From Roseibacillus sp. (GTDB taxonomy: Bacteria > Verrucomicrobiota > Verrucomicrobiia > Verrucomicrobiales > Akkermansiaceae), in assembly GCA_965242925.1 (NCBI GenBank), contig CBDEUM010000030.1, positions 128,001-192,000 of the forward strand: a stretch of 64,000 nt of DNA, read 5' to 3'. Numbering within the stretch: the stretch's first letter is position 1; every line of letters begins with the position of its first letter. The position numbers and the translations under genes were made by a program. Below the pieces are notes generated by a model. It saw only the letters and a list, made by a program, of their open reading frames with translations, searched no databases and was not told the DNA's origin. Below are positions 10,668-21,500 of this stretch, in pieces.

Positions 10668-11615
10668 ATGTCTCGCGATGCCAAGCACCTCTTCTCCAGC
10701 ACCCTGCTTTGGCTTTCGGTGGTCGCCCTGGCTGGGGCAACCCTCCTCTCCCTTCTCGGCCGCCTTCACTGGTCCTTCGAACTCTTCACTCACTTCCCCC
10801 TCCAGATTGCGAGCGGACTCCTCGTCGTGATTCTCGCCACGCTGCTCTTCCGTCGCTGGATTCCTGCGGCGTTCGGACTCCTCTGCCTCCTCCCGCATCT
10901 CGTCGCCCTTTCGCATTACTATCCATCCCACGAGTTCTCGACGAAGCCTTCAGACTTCCGGGTTCTGTCATTCAATGTCCTCACCTCGAACCAGTCCCAT
11001 GACACGGTTCTTGCCTATCTTTCGGAACGCGACGCGGACGTGATCTTCCTGACGGAGATCAATCCGGACTGGGTCGAGGCGCTCTCTCCTCTTGATTCCG
11101 ATTACCCTTACCGCGTCAAATTTCCCCGCCATGACAACTTCGGAATGGCTCTTTACAGTCGCCACCCCTTCGCCTCGCACGAGATCCGTTTCATCGAGGG
11201 CACCCGAGTCCCCTTGGTCCACGCGGTGATTGATCTCGGCGGCCACGAATTGGAGGTCATCGGCTGCCACCCGGTTCCGCCAATGGGATCCCCCCAGGCC
11301 TCCGCTCGAAACGATTACCTCGCCGGCCTTGCCGAGATTGCCACAATCAACACTCTTCCTGCGGTCATCTTCGGCGACTTCAATGCCACGGTGTGGTCGC
11401 CCCATCTGCGAGATTTCATCAAGACCACATCGTTCAAGGACAGCGGTCGCAAGCGTGGGTTTCAATCGACGTGGAGACGCCTCAATCCCTTTTTCTCCAT
11501 TCCCATCGATCACATCTTTCACAACGCTGCTCTTACATGTACCAGTCGCCAGATTGGACCGGCCCTGGGCTCGGATCACCGACCCGTGATCGCGGAGTTC
11601 GCGCTGACCCCGTAG
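10668..11615 (+). CDS. Membrane-anchored endonuclease/exonuclease/phosphatase (EEP) family protein
   Basis: Three N-terminal TM segments; SFNV, LTE, GDFN, IDHIF, SDH motifs. Confidence 0.9.
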   Translation: MSRDAKHLFSSTLLWLSVVALAGATLLSLLGRLHWSFELFTHFPLQIASGLLVVILATLLFRRWIPAAFGLLCLLPHLVALSHYYPSHEFSTKPSDFRVLSFNVLTSNQSHDTVLAYLSERDADVIFLTEINPDWVEALSPLDSDYPYRVKFPRHDNFGMALYSRHPFASHEIRFIEGTRVPLVHAVIDLGGHELEVIGCHPVPPMGSPQASARNDYLAGLAEIATINTLPAVIFGDFNATVWSPHLRDFIKTTSFKDSGRKRGFQSTWRRLNPFFSIPIDHIFHNAALTCTSRQIGPALGSDHRPVIAEFALTP

Positions 11616-11907
11616 GATTTTCCATGGGGAACAGCAGCAGGAACCGGACGGGAGCGCACCTCTCAGCGCGTGAGGGATCTTCACCGCTTTTTGACCAGGT
11701 CCCGGAACCCAACATTCCAGCTGGCCCGGAAAGGCTGCCCCAATCAGAGCGTTAGTCTGCCTTCTCCCACGATTCTGCGGCGACCTCCCACCTGTCGCGA
11801 TGCGGATTTTCGCGATCGGCAATGAGAGCGTCAGGGTCTTCTGCGTTGCGCCGTGCAAGAGCCGGGAAATCGCGTCGACTCTCGTGGGCCCCGTTAATCA
11901 ATTCAAA

Positions 11908-11936
11908 TTGACAGACGAACGCGCAAAATTTAGGTT
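11908..11936 (+). promoter_or_regulatory. Sigma70-type promoter TTGACA-N17-TAGGTT
   Basis: Perfect -35 at 11908-11913; TAnnnT -10 at 11931-11936; in-frame ATG 6 nt later. Confidence 0.7.
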
Positions 11937-11942
11937 GTGCTC

Positions 11943-13448
11943 ATGGTAGTGCCGCCATCTGGAACGTCATCCAGTTCCGCTTCGCTGGCTGCCCCTCCGG
12001 CACGCGCCCCAGTGATCAGGAAGGCCCTTTTTATCTACGGCCCGACAGGTTTGTTCATGCGGGATGACCGCTGCCAGGCACCGGTCGAGGGCATGACCGC
12101 TCAGCCCAATCGCGCGCCTTTGGATCTGGCCTACATGGCCGCCATGCTGGAGCGCATGAAGATCAGCTGCAAGATCACCGACTATGCTGCCGAGAAACTG
12201 GAATGGAAGAACTTCGAAGATGACTTGAAGGAGTTCCAGCCGGATCTCCTGGTTCTCAGTGTGACCACGCCGACATTGCTGCGTGATCTGGCTGCTTGTG
12301 AATTGGCGAAAAGGAATTGTCCAGACATCCTCACGGTGGCCAAGGGGGCCCATTTCACGCCCAAGGATGAAGAGGCCATGCTGGCCCATCACGATCTGGA
12401 TCTGGCCATTCGCGGAGAGTCGGAACATGCCGTCGCCGAGATTGCTGAGCGTCGTGACTACAAGGACATTCTTGGCCTCACCTATCGCAAGGATGGAAAG
12501 CTTCATCAGAATCCAACGCGACCTTATATCGAGGTCGATGATCTGGACAGCTTGCCATTTCCGGCGAGGCATCTGATCAACAATGACCTGTATCTCACCC
12601 CGGATACAGGGGAACCCATCACCATGATCAACATGGGGCGGGGCTGCCCGCACAAGTGCATTTATTGTGCCGTCACGGTGGCTTCCGGCTACAAGCTCAA
12701 GGTCCGCTCACCCAGGAGTGTCGTGGACGAAATTGAAGAGTGTTCGACGAATCTGGGGATCAAAAACTTTTTCTTCAGGGCCGACACCTTCACCTGGGAT
12801 GAGAAGTGGACGGTCGAGGTATGCAAGGAGATCCTGGCTCGCAAACTTGAGGTGCGATGGGGATCCAACAGCCGGGTGGATACAATCTCCGAGGAGCGAC
12901 TGAAGTGGATGAAGAAAGCCGGTTGCTGGGTGATTGGCTTTGGGGTGGAGAGCGGCAATCAGGAGAACCTGGATCGCATGAAAAAGCGCGCCACTCTGGA
13001 CCAGGCGCGCAATGCCATCGCCTTGTGCCGGAAGCACAGGATCAAGTCCTACGGGCTATTCCTGATTGGGCTTCCCTGGGAGACCAAGGCCATGGTCGAA
13101 GACACCATGCGCTTCATGAAAGAGATCAACCCGGATTTTGTTGACCTCAATATTGCCTACCCCCTGCCTGGGACGGAGTATCACAGGATCGCTCTCGAAT
13201 CAGGCCTGTTCACCGAAAAGGAGTTACAGGACGGCGATTATTCCAAACCCATCGTTCGGACGGTCGAACTGTCGACGCAGGACTTGATTCGCTCTCGCAG
13301 GAAAGCGCTCCTCTCATTTTATCTAAGGCCGTCCTACATCGCGCGCACCTTGCTGGGAGTGCGTTCCCCCAAGGTCCTGGGCAACTACCTCAAGTCTGGC
13401 CTCCGTTTGCTCAAGACTCACGCCTTTACGTCCTCCGCCGCGGATTAG
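11943..13448 (+). CDS. Cobalamin-binding radical SAM enzyme (class B methyltransferase-like)
   Basis: N-terminal B12-binding-like domain (PLDLAYMAA, GAH, RGESE), RGCPHKCIYC CxxxCxxC motif, FGVESG, IGLPWET; start refined to ATG 11943. Confidence 0.9.
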   Translation: MVVPPSGTSSSSASLAAPPARAPVIRKALFIYGPTGLFMRDDRCQAPVEGMTAQPNRAPLDLAYMAAMLERMKISCKITDYAAEKLEWKNFEDDLKEFQPDLLVLSVTTPTLLRDLAACELAKRNCPDILTVAKGAHFTPKDEEAMLAHHDLDLAIRGESEHAVAEIAERRDYKDILGLTYRKDGKLHQNPTRPYIEVDDLDSLPFPARHLINNDLYLTPDTGEPITMINMGRGCPHKCIYCAVTVASGYKLKVRSPRSVVDEIEECSTNLGIKNFFFRADTFTWDEKWTVEVCKEILARKLEVRWGSNSRVDTISEERLKWMKKAGCWVIGFGVESGNQENLDRMKKRATLDQARNAIALCRKHRIKSYGLFLIGLPWETKAMVEDTMRFMKEINPDFVDLNIAYPLPGTEYHRIALESGLFTEKELQDGDYSKPIVRTVELSTQDLIRSRRKALLSFYLRPSYIARTLLGVRSPKVLGNYLKSGLRLLKTHAFTSSAAD

Positions 13449-13513
13449 GGGTCCGGTTGAAGCTCTCCGGTGCCTCGCCCCGGGTCACACTCCTGCCGCC
13501 TTGAACCCATCGC

Positions 13514-15274
13514 TCACGGTCGGGACCGGCCCAACTCGTAGACCTCCGCCAACTCATCTTCACAGACCCGCTTGATCCAATATCTGCCGAGAGTCGCATC
13601 TCGTGGAGGAGCGCCCTTTGGATTGTCCGGGCTTCGTTGGACGACGATGAATTTGACATTGCTCTTGTAGAGTTCTCGCAGGATTTCCGGGGTTGGGAAT
13701 CCCGCCAGGATCTTCCCTTGCAAGATTCTGTTCTCCTCCGGAGAGTGAGTGGAGTAGCCATTAACGAGCGGAACACCGTGAAACGATCCCAGATACATCC
13801 ACTCGCAGGTCAACAGATAGTCCTGAATTCGGCCCGTGGACGGGAACGGCAGACAGGCAATCCCATAGCCCGGAGGGGTCTTCTCGCGCACGTATTCCAC
13901 CCAGACCTTGTGCTGGTTGACATCCGTCACGGTGGCATGCTCCCCCCGTTTGGGATACACCTCGAAAAGGGCCGTTAAGGCGAGGAGGACAAACCCCGCC
14001 TGCAAGGCGGCTCGCAAGCGGGAACTCTTCACGCGATCGCGGCAGGTCTGATAAAGCCCGGTCACGCCCAGGGCGGCGAAAATGACGACGGCCATTTGGA
14101 CAAAGAAGGCGAAGCGGAGGACAGATCTGACTTGCTCAAACCCCGGAACGAGTTCGGTGAGGGTCCACCAGGGCTGCCAGGTGCCCAGCCTCAGGTTGGG
14201 GCCAAAGGACAGCAGAAAGGCCAGGAGCGCCATCACCAGAATGAAGGACGCCCACCGCCGGGTGTCGAGACGAGTCAGCCCGTAATAGACGCCGACGAGA
14301 GCCAGCAGGAACTTGATCACGCCCGACGAGAGCATTCTCCAGCTCTCTGTCTCCGGGCTGATATCGATGAGCTGGCCCCCGTAGGCCCGAAGATAGTCGC
14401 CTGGAGTGGCCGAGAGGTAGGTAACCAATTCCCGTTCCAATGCAACCGCGTGCTCCTGCGAGACTTGACGAAGTTCGTAGGCAAAGGGGGCTGCGACAAG
14501 CAGGGCGACGAAGACCGCCAGAAGCCAGTGAGGGAGCTCACGATATTTGATCCATTGCCTCCACAAGGTGGGCGCCGCCCCCACCAGGAGAAGGGCGAAG
14601 AACAGTCCCTGGTGCATGGAGGTGACAAGGCTGATCCCAACGGCCACTCCAAGCTCCAATCCCCTCCAGCGCGTGGGTTGGCGGCAGAGTCGTTCAATGG
14701 CCGACCAGGTCCAGAGAATGCCCCACAGTGGAACCAGGTGACTGATGCCCAGTTGCCAATGCACGATCGGCAGCAGGACCATCGCGGTGCCCACCCAAAG
14801 CCCCGTCCACGGCCCCATTCCATACACTTTAGCGAGTCGCTGCGCGAAAACCCCATTCAAGATCAGGGAGAGCCAGAGGAAAACGTTGTAGGCGAGAATG
14901 CGCGATCCCGTGAGCCAGACAACGGGAGCGACCAGCAGAGTGGTCGGTTGGGGCTCATTCATCGCCAGTGCCCCCGGAGAAGGAAAATAGATAGGGGCGT
15001 TCCAATAGCCCCCAAACCCCGGAATCACTTGATGAGCGTTCCACCACAGGATCCAGACGTTCGACAAGGCAACCGTGGCAATGGGTTCCGAACCGAGTGG
15101 CAACTGAGACAGGGGAGATGAAATGACGGGCCACGTCAGCCCCAGGGCGAGCACGAGGTAGACGAAGACCCCCCCAAGGATCCACCGCTGCTGATAACAT
15201 TGAGCGGATAGCGCCTTTCGCGCGTTCTGGAATTTACTCCCCGAAACGCGGTCTGCACTATCGCCAGAACTCAT
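13514..15274 (-). CDS. Polytopic membrane protein, YfhO/GT-C glycosyltransferase-like
   Basis: About 11-13 TM segments; WNAPIYFP, VRSVLRF and LVNGYS motifs; downstream of a GT2 gene; start refined to ATG 15274. Confidence 0.6.
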   Translation of the reverse strand: MSSGDSADRVSGSKFQNARKALSAQCYQQRWILGGVFVYLVLALGLTWPVISSPLSQLPLGSEPIATVALSNVWILWWNAHQVIPGFGGYWNAPIYFPSPGALAMNEPQPTTLLVAPVVWLTGSRILAYNVFLWLSLILNGVFAQRLAKVYGMGPWTGLWVGTAMVLLPIVHWQLGISHLVPLWGILWTWSAIERLCRQPTRWRGLELGVAVGISLVTSMHQGLFFALLLVGAAPTLWRQWIKYRELPHWLLAVFVALLVAAPFAYELRQVSQEHAVALERELVTYLSATPGDYLRAYGGQLIDISPETESWRMLSSGVIKFLLALVGVYYGLTRLDTRRWASFILVMALLAFLLSFGPNLRLGTWQPWWTLTELVPGFEQVRSVLRFAFFVQMAVVIFAALGVTGLYQTCRDRVKSSRLRAALQAGFVLLALTALFEVYPKRGEHATVTDVNQHKVWVEYVREKTPPGYGIACLPFPSTGRIQDYLLTCEWMYLGSFHGVPLVNGYSTHSPEENRILQGKILAGFPTPEILRELYKSNVKFIVVQRSPDNPKGAPPRDATLGRYWIKRVCEDELAEVYELGRSRP

Positions 15275-15479
15275 CGGCGCGACGGTATGGAGGCCGATCA
15301 GGGGAGGCAAGGAGGAAGACGGTGTCAGGCGGCCTTCCAACAGAGGCACACAGAGACCCGCCGAACACGGACGACGGACCAGAGAGCCTTCACCGAGATT
15401 CTCCAAACGGCTCTCTCAGAAATTTGAGAAACCCAGTGGGAGGGGATCTCCCGGACGTTTTCGAATCGCAACGTTCTGC

Positions 15480-16637
15480 CTACTCAAGCGTCTTTTCCAG
15501 GTCCAGAAAACTCATATAGAAAGAAGTGAAAATGAATTGGATTCCGATCATGACGATGAAAATCGATGCGATCGCAAGCTGGGTGTAGGGGATATTGACG
15601 TAGGACAGATTGTTGGCGAACTTGTAAATCAGGAACAGCGTCGTGATGCCTGCAATTCCGCCGAGAGCCACAAGAATTCCGCCGACCACGAGACCGCGCT
15701 CAAGGGTGAAATGTTTCCTGAAGAAGGAGCTCATCTTGTCGTCTTTGATGAGTCCCTTGGCGCTGTTATATGTGATGCAGTGGATTCCAAACAGGACGAC
15801 TTGAATGCCGATGAAAAACAGAGCCCCGGCAAAGGAAGAAGTTGAAATGCCCGGGGACTGCCCGAAAATTCGAAACCAGTCAAACTGCATCAACCCAAGT
15901 AACACCAGGGCAGCGGCTGAAAGAACAAGGCCAGGGTAAACAAAGAGGAACTTGGGACAAAGTGCCAGCATGACTCGCAGGTGTCGCCAGCCATCCCGGA
16001 GCGGATGAAGGTGAGGGATCCGTCCTTCCGGGTTTGGGTAAAGACTGATCGGGATTTCCTTGATGACCAGTTCTTCAAGGGTTGCCTTGATGAGCATTTC
16101 CGAGGCCAGCTCCATTCCGTTACACCTGAGATTCAAGCGTTGCATGGGGTCGCGTTTGAAGGCCCGCAGGCCACAGTTGATATCGGAGACCTTTGATTTG
16201 AAGAAGATCCGCATCACCAGGGTCAATACGGGTGTTCCGACAAGTCGGTTCAGGAAAGGCATGGCTTTCCTGTGAATCTTTCCACCATAGCGGTTTCCCA
16301 TCACAAGATCAGCACCCGTTCCTTCGCGCAATCGGCGCATGAGGTTTCCGATTTCACCAAAGTCATACGTGTCATCGGCATCCCCCATGATCACAGCATC
16401 CCCATGAGCTGATTCAATCCCGGTGCGGATGGCGCTTCCGTAGCCCTTGACCTCTGCGTGGACAATTCGAGCTCCGGCGGCTTTTGAGATTTCGATGGAG
16501 CGATCCGTGGAACCGTTATCGACAACGACAACCTCTCCCTCAAGACCGCTCTCTTCAAGTGCGCGCAGGGATTTCTCGACACAAATGCCTACCGTGTCTT
16601 CTTCATTGAGACAGGGAATAATAACGCTGACGTCCAT
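15480..16637 (-). CDS. Glycosyltransferase family 2 (polyprenol-phosphate sugar synthase-like)
   Basis: VSVIIPCLNEE, VVDNGSTD, GYGSA, DAD, SDINCGLRAF motifs; C-terminal TM helices. Confidence 0.92.
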   Translation of the reverse strand: MDVSVIIPCLNEEDTVGICVEKSLRALEESGLEGEVVVVDNGSTDRSIEISKAAGARIVHAEVKGYGSAIRTGIESAHGDAVIMGDADDTYDFGEIGNLMRRLREGTGADLVMGNRYGGKIHRKAMPFLNRLVGTPVLTLVMRIFFKSKVSDINCGLRAFKRDPMQRLNLRCNGMELASEMLIKATLEELVIKEIPISLYPNPEGRIPHLHPLRDGWRHLRVMLALCPKFLFVYPGLVLSAAALVLLGLMQFDWFRIFGQSPGISTSSFAGALFFIGIQVVLFGIHCITYNSAKGLIKDDKMSSFFRKHFTLERGLVVGGILVALGGIAGITTLFLIYKFANNLSYVNIPYTQLAIASIFIVMIGIQFIFTSFYMSFLDLEKTLE

Positions 16638-16651
16638 AACGAGGGCGGTCT

Positions 16652-18085
16652 TCAGCCTCCGGGTGAGGGGTTGGGGCGGGCGGACTGCAGGAACTCCACG
16701 AGGGTGGCCGCAACCACCCGGTGCCCGTCGGGAGACCAGTGCGTGTCATCTGGATAATAGAGCATCCGCCCCGTCTTCGCCGCCTCCCTGAGAGACGGAG
16801 TAAGGTCGAGAACTGCGATGGCCGGAGAGTGCTTCTGAATCGAACTCAGGAGGATTCCGGGCAGGCGGTTCACCTCCCAGGTCTTGACGCAAGATCCCGC
16901 CTCGAAGCGGCAGAGATCCCCATAGACCCGGAATTTCGAGGGAGCGAAGGCCACCACGAGCTGGATATCGTTTTCCCTGCAGAGGTTGCCCGCAATGGAC
17001 AAGGCCTGCAGGGTCACCTCCAGTCCCTCGACCTCCCGCTTCATCTCGGGCGTGAAAGGCCCACTCGCATATCCGAACCAGATCTTCTCCTCGCCGTTTT
17101 CGGTCGGCAGGTAGCCCAACCGGTCCCGGCCGTCTGGAGGAGGCACGCGTTCGAAGCGCTTCGCTAGCCAGACAAATGCGTTACTCGTGAAGGCACGGCA
17201 CGTCCACGACGAGTGATTGCGCTCGATCATTGGCCAGTTTTCTATGAACCCCTGGTAGCGCCAGGTGTCCGAGAGGTCGTTGGCCTCAAAGAAGACCCAC
17301 ACGCAGACACGAGGCTTCAAGGGCAGGCCAAATCTGTCCAGGACGTGCAATTCCTGTTGGGGCCCATAGTAACTCTGGCCGAGATTGACCACGGTCGCTC
17401 CCATCATCTCCGACATCTTCGTGGTAAACATGTCCCCGGCGAGGACCCCGCCGGCCTCCACGAAGGAGTCTCCAATCACGACGTAGTCGGCCTGCTCGTA
17501 GTCCTCCTCATTGCGAAACCCATTGCGGTCATACCTCAGGTCGTAATCGAAGGTCGTCACCGGCGGCGTATTGTACCAGAAGGCCACGTCCCCCCCGATC
17601 ATCTTTCCGCGCTCCTGGTAGTGGGGACGGCGGATGTGGATGAGCTTATCATCCAGAACATTCCGAGTGTCCTGCCAAGCGGGCACCCGTAGCCCGAGGA
17701 CGCGACGGAAGTCCAGCCCGCTGAAAGCCACTACGAGTTCAATCAAGCCGACGGCAAATACGATGGACCCATTGGCAGCAATGAATCGCACCGCCTTCTG
17801 CCGCCAGCTCCGGGAGGAGAACACCCAATACGGCGCCCAGCAGGCCAGGTATGCGATCCCCGTCACATAAACGAGCGGCATTGATGGGAGAGCAGGCCGA
17901 CTTTCTCCCGGGTGTGGCACATCCTCAGCCCTGATTCCATACACCCACAACTGAACCACCACCACGATCCAGCACAGGCCGACGAGCCCCGCCACTGCGA
18001 CCGGTATCAACCTGGCCTCTTTCGGACGGGCAGCCCCTCCCTCCGGGCGTGACGTGGCGGAATCTTGTTCGCTGCTGGATACCAT
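16652..18085 (-). CDS. SGNH/GDSL hydrolase-like, AlgJ/AlgX-type O-acetyltransferase domain with TM anchor
   Basis: GDSF, VVNLG, ANDL and DDTHWSPDGH (DxH) motifs. Confidence 0.75.
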   Translation of the reverse strand: MVSSSEQDSATSRPEGGAARPKEARLIPVAVAGLVGLCWIVVVVQLWVYGIRAEDVPHPGESRPALPSMPLVYVTGIAYLACWAPYWVFSSRSWRQKAVRFIAANGSIVFAVGLIELVVAFSGLDFRRVLGLRVPAWQDTRNVLDDKLIHIRRPHYQERGKMIGGDVAFWYNTPPVTTFDYDLRYDRNGFRNEEDYEQADYVVIGDSFVEAGGVLAGDMFTTKMSEMMGATVVNLGQSYYGPQQELHVLDRFGLPLKPRVCVWVFFEANDLSDTWRYQGFIENWPMIERNHSSWTCRAFTSNAFVWLAKRFERVPPPDGRDRLGYLPTENGEEKIWFGYASGPFTPEMKREVEGLEVTLQALSIAGNLCRENDIQLVVAFAPSKFRVYGDLCRFEAGSCVKTWEVNRLPGILLSSIQKHSPAIAVLDLTPSLREAAKTGRMLYYPDDTHWSPDGHRVVAATLVEFLQSARPNPSPGG

Positions 18086-18595
18086 CGGTTTATCAGGGGG
18101 GAAGGAAGGATGGCCGCGGGCAAGTTTCACCCATCGCTCGGGATTGTCCGGACAACGCAGGGTTCTTCAAGTCTAATGTAGACATCGGGGCGCAGCGTTC
18201 GTCCAGCCAGGACGCTCCAAAGCCCGCCCCCGTGGACTCAATCGCGACACCACCGTTGACGCCTCCGGGTATTGCGGTGGCTGGGCTGAAGAATCACGGG
18301 GCAGCAGCGGCCACCTCTTCATCCTCAGATGACCTCGATGGCTTACTCCGTATGGGTGCCCTTCCTTGCTTCCTTTGTCCGTGCAGGGAGGAGAGCCAGC
18401 AAGAAACAGATGGCGAAAAATCCGAAAGAGAGAGATCGCAAAAAGGAATCCATTTCCTCAATTTTGCGCTGGTGGTCCCAACCCTCTTTTTGCAATGATT
18501 TCCTGTCATAGGAGCAGGAAGGGAGATTCCGTTCGCCTTCATTTCGATCCCCTTTCGCAACCCAACCATTTTTCGCCCAATCCACAGAAACCAAG

Positions 18596-21500
18596 TTGAT
18601 GATCACGAAGAAGAAAAATCTGGAACTTCTTATCCTGGCCTCGGGAACGCTCGCTCTGGCCACCACCTCAGCGCACTCCGGCACTGTCCCAACCTGGAAC
18701 TTCGGAAATAATGGTGACGGCACGACCCAGGGATGGACGGTGACGAGTGGCCATTTCGCTAATGATGGCAACGGTATTGAGCCCGCTCAGGCCAATGGCA
18801 ACAGGGCTCACGACGCCGCTCACCCGGTTGCGGTCCTGACCTCCCCGACCATCAATTTCGGCAGTGTGCATGCGAGCGACAGTGTGATCGATATTCTTTG
18901 GGAAGGGGGACGGGGAAACCAGCAAGACTCCGCCGACCCTGCGAACCTGGCTGCGGTGATGAACTATAACGGCGGCAACACGAACAACACCGGCCAGAAA
19001 GGGGTTGGCTTTCGCAACCTGACCACCGGGGCCTATGATCTTGTCGATTACGACCCCCAAGACGGTGGCGGTATTCAGACCGGTTCATACACCTTGGCTG
19101 ATCTGACCGCAGCGGGCATCGATGTCGGCGCCAGCTACCAGTTGGATTTCTTCACCACCGACGATGGTGGTTGGGGTTGGACTCGATTGAACGAGGTCAA
19201 CCTCGATGCAAATGCGATCGCTCCCGTGGATCCGCCGTCGACAGACAACGACAACGACACCCTCCGCGACACCTGGGAGCAGGCCCAGACAGGCAACCTG
19301 ACCGACCTGGACGGAACGGCCTGGGACGGCAATGGCGTGACCCCCGGACCCGGCGCGGCAACAGGTGACTTTGATGGAGATGGCAGCAGCGACAGCCAGG
19401 AGCAGGACGAGGGAACCGATCCCGCCAATGCCGATAGCGACGACGACGGCTCCAGTGACGGCGAGGAAGCTGACCTTGGCACCAACCCGCTCAATGCCGA
19501 CAGCGATGGAGATGGCCTGCTCGACGGGGTGGAGACCGGCACCGGCACCTTCGTCAGTGCCAGTGACACCGGCACCGATCCCCTCAATCCCGACACCGAC
19601 GGAGACAATGCCTCCGACGGGACCGAGGTCACCCAGAACACCGATCCCAACGATGCCGCCAGCAGCTCCTGTCCGTCCACGCACTTAACCCTGGCACTGT
19701 GCCAACCTGGAACTTCGGAAATAATGGTGACCGCACGAACCAGGGATGGACGGTGACAGTGGCCATTTCGCTAATGATGGCAACGGCATTGAGGCCGCCC
19801 AGGCAAATGGCAACAGGGCTCACGACGCCGCTCACCCGGTTGCCGTCCTCACCTCCCCGACCGTCAATTTCAGCCTCCTCAATGTGAGCGGGACCGGCAA
19901 TGTGATCGATATTCTCTGGGAAGGGGGACAGGGAAACCAGGACGGCATTTCCCCCGACCCTGCGAACCTGGCGGCGGTGATGAACTATAACGGCGGCAAC
20001 ACAAACAACGCCGGTCAGAAAGGCCTCGGGTTCCGTAACCTGACCACCGGGAACTATGATTTTGTCAGTTACGACTCCGAGAACGGTGGCGGAATTCAGA
20101 CGGATTCATTCACCCAGGCCGATCTGGTCGCCAATGGCATCGATCCCGGCGCCAGCTATGAATTGGATTTCTTCACCACCGACGATGGTGGTTGGGGCTG
20201 GACTCGATTGAACGAGGTCAACGTCCATCCCGGCGCAATCGCTCCCGTGGATCCGCCGTCGACAGACAACGACAACGACACCCTCCGCGACACCTGGGAG
20301 CAGGCCCAGACAGGCAACCTGACCGACCTGGACGGAACGGCCTGGGACGGCAATGGCGTGACCCCCGGACCCGGCGCGGCAACAGGTGACTTTGATGGAG
20401 ATGGCAGCAGCGACAGCCAGGAGCAGGACGAGGGAACCGATCCCAGCAATGCCGACAGTGATGATGACGGCCTCACCGATGGGGAGGAAGCTGACCTTGG
20501 CACCAACCCGCTCAATGCCGACAGCGATGGAGATGGCCTGCTCGACGGGGTGGAGACCGGCACCGGCACCTTCGTCAGTGCCAGTGACACCGGCACCGAC
20601 CCGCTCAATGCTGACACCGACGGAGACAATGCCTCCGACGGGACCGAGGTCGTCAATAACACCGATCCCAACGATCCCGCCAGCAGCCCTGCCCGTCCAC
20701 CACTTACCCCTGGCACCGAGCCAACCTGGAACTTCGGAAATAATGGTGACGGCACGATCCAGGGATGGACGGTGACCAGTGGCCATTTCGCTAATGAGGG
20801 CAACGGCATTGAGGCCGCCCAGGCAAATGGCAACAGGGCTCACGACGCCGCTCACCCGGTTGCCGTCCTCACCTCCCCGACCGTCAATTTCAGCCTCCTC
20901 AATGTGAGCGGGACCGGCAATGTGATCGATATTCTCTGGGAAGGGGGACGGGGAAACCAGCAAGACGCCGCCAACCCTGCGAACCTGGCGGCGGTGGTCG
21001 ACTATAACGGTGGCAACACGAACAACGTCGGCCAGAAAGGCCTCGGGTTCCGTAACCTGACCACCGGGAACTATGATTTTGTCAGCTACGATCCCCAAGA
21101 CGGTGGCGGAATTCAGACGGATTCATTCACCCAGGCTGATCTGGTCGCCAACGGCATCGATCCCGGCGCCACCTATGAATTGGATTTCTTCACCACCGAC
21201 GATGGTGGCTGGGGTTGGACTCGATTGAACGAGGTCAACGTCCATCCCGGCGCAATCGGCCCATCTCTCCCGCCGACAGACGACGACAACGACACCCTCT
21301 TCGATACTTGGGAACAGGCCCAGGCAGGCAACCTGACCGACCTGGACGGAACGGCCTGGGACGGCAATGGCGTGACCCCCGGACCCGGCGCGGCAACAGG
21401 TGACTTTGATGGAGATGGCAGCAGCGACAGCCAGGAGCAGGACGAGGGAACCGATCCCACCAATGCCGATAGTGATGATGACGGCCTCACCGATGGGGAG

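Noticed and set aside
18343..18453. Small minus-strand ORF MDSFLRSLSFGFFAICFLLALLPA...
   Set aside because: Signal-peptide-like but only 36 aa with no recognisable continuation; may be a remnant and cannot be supported.
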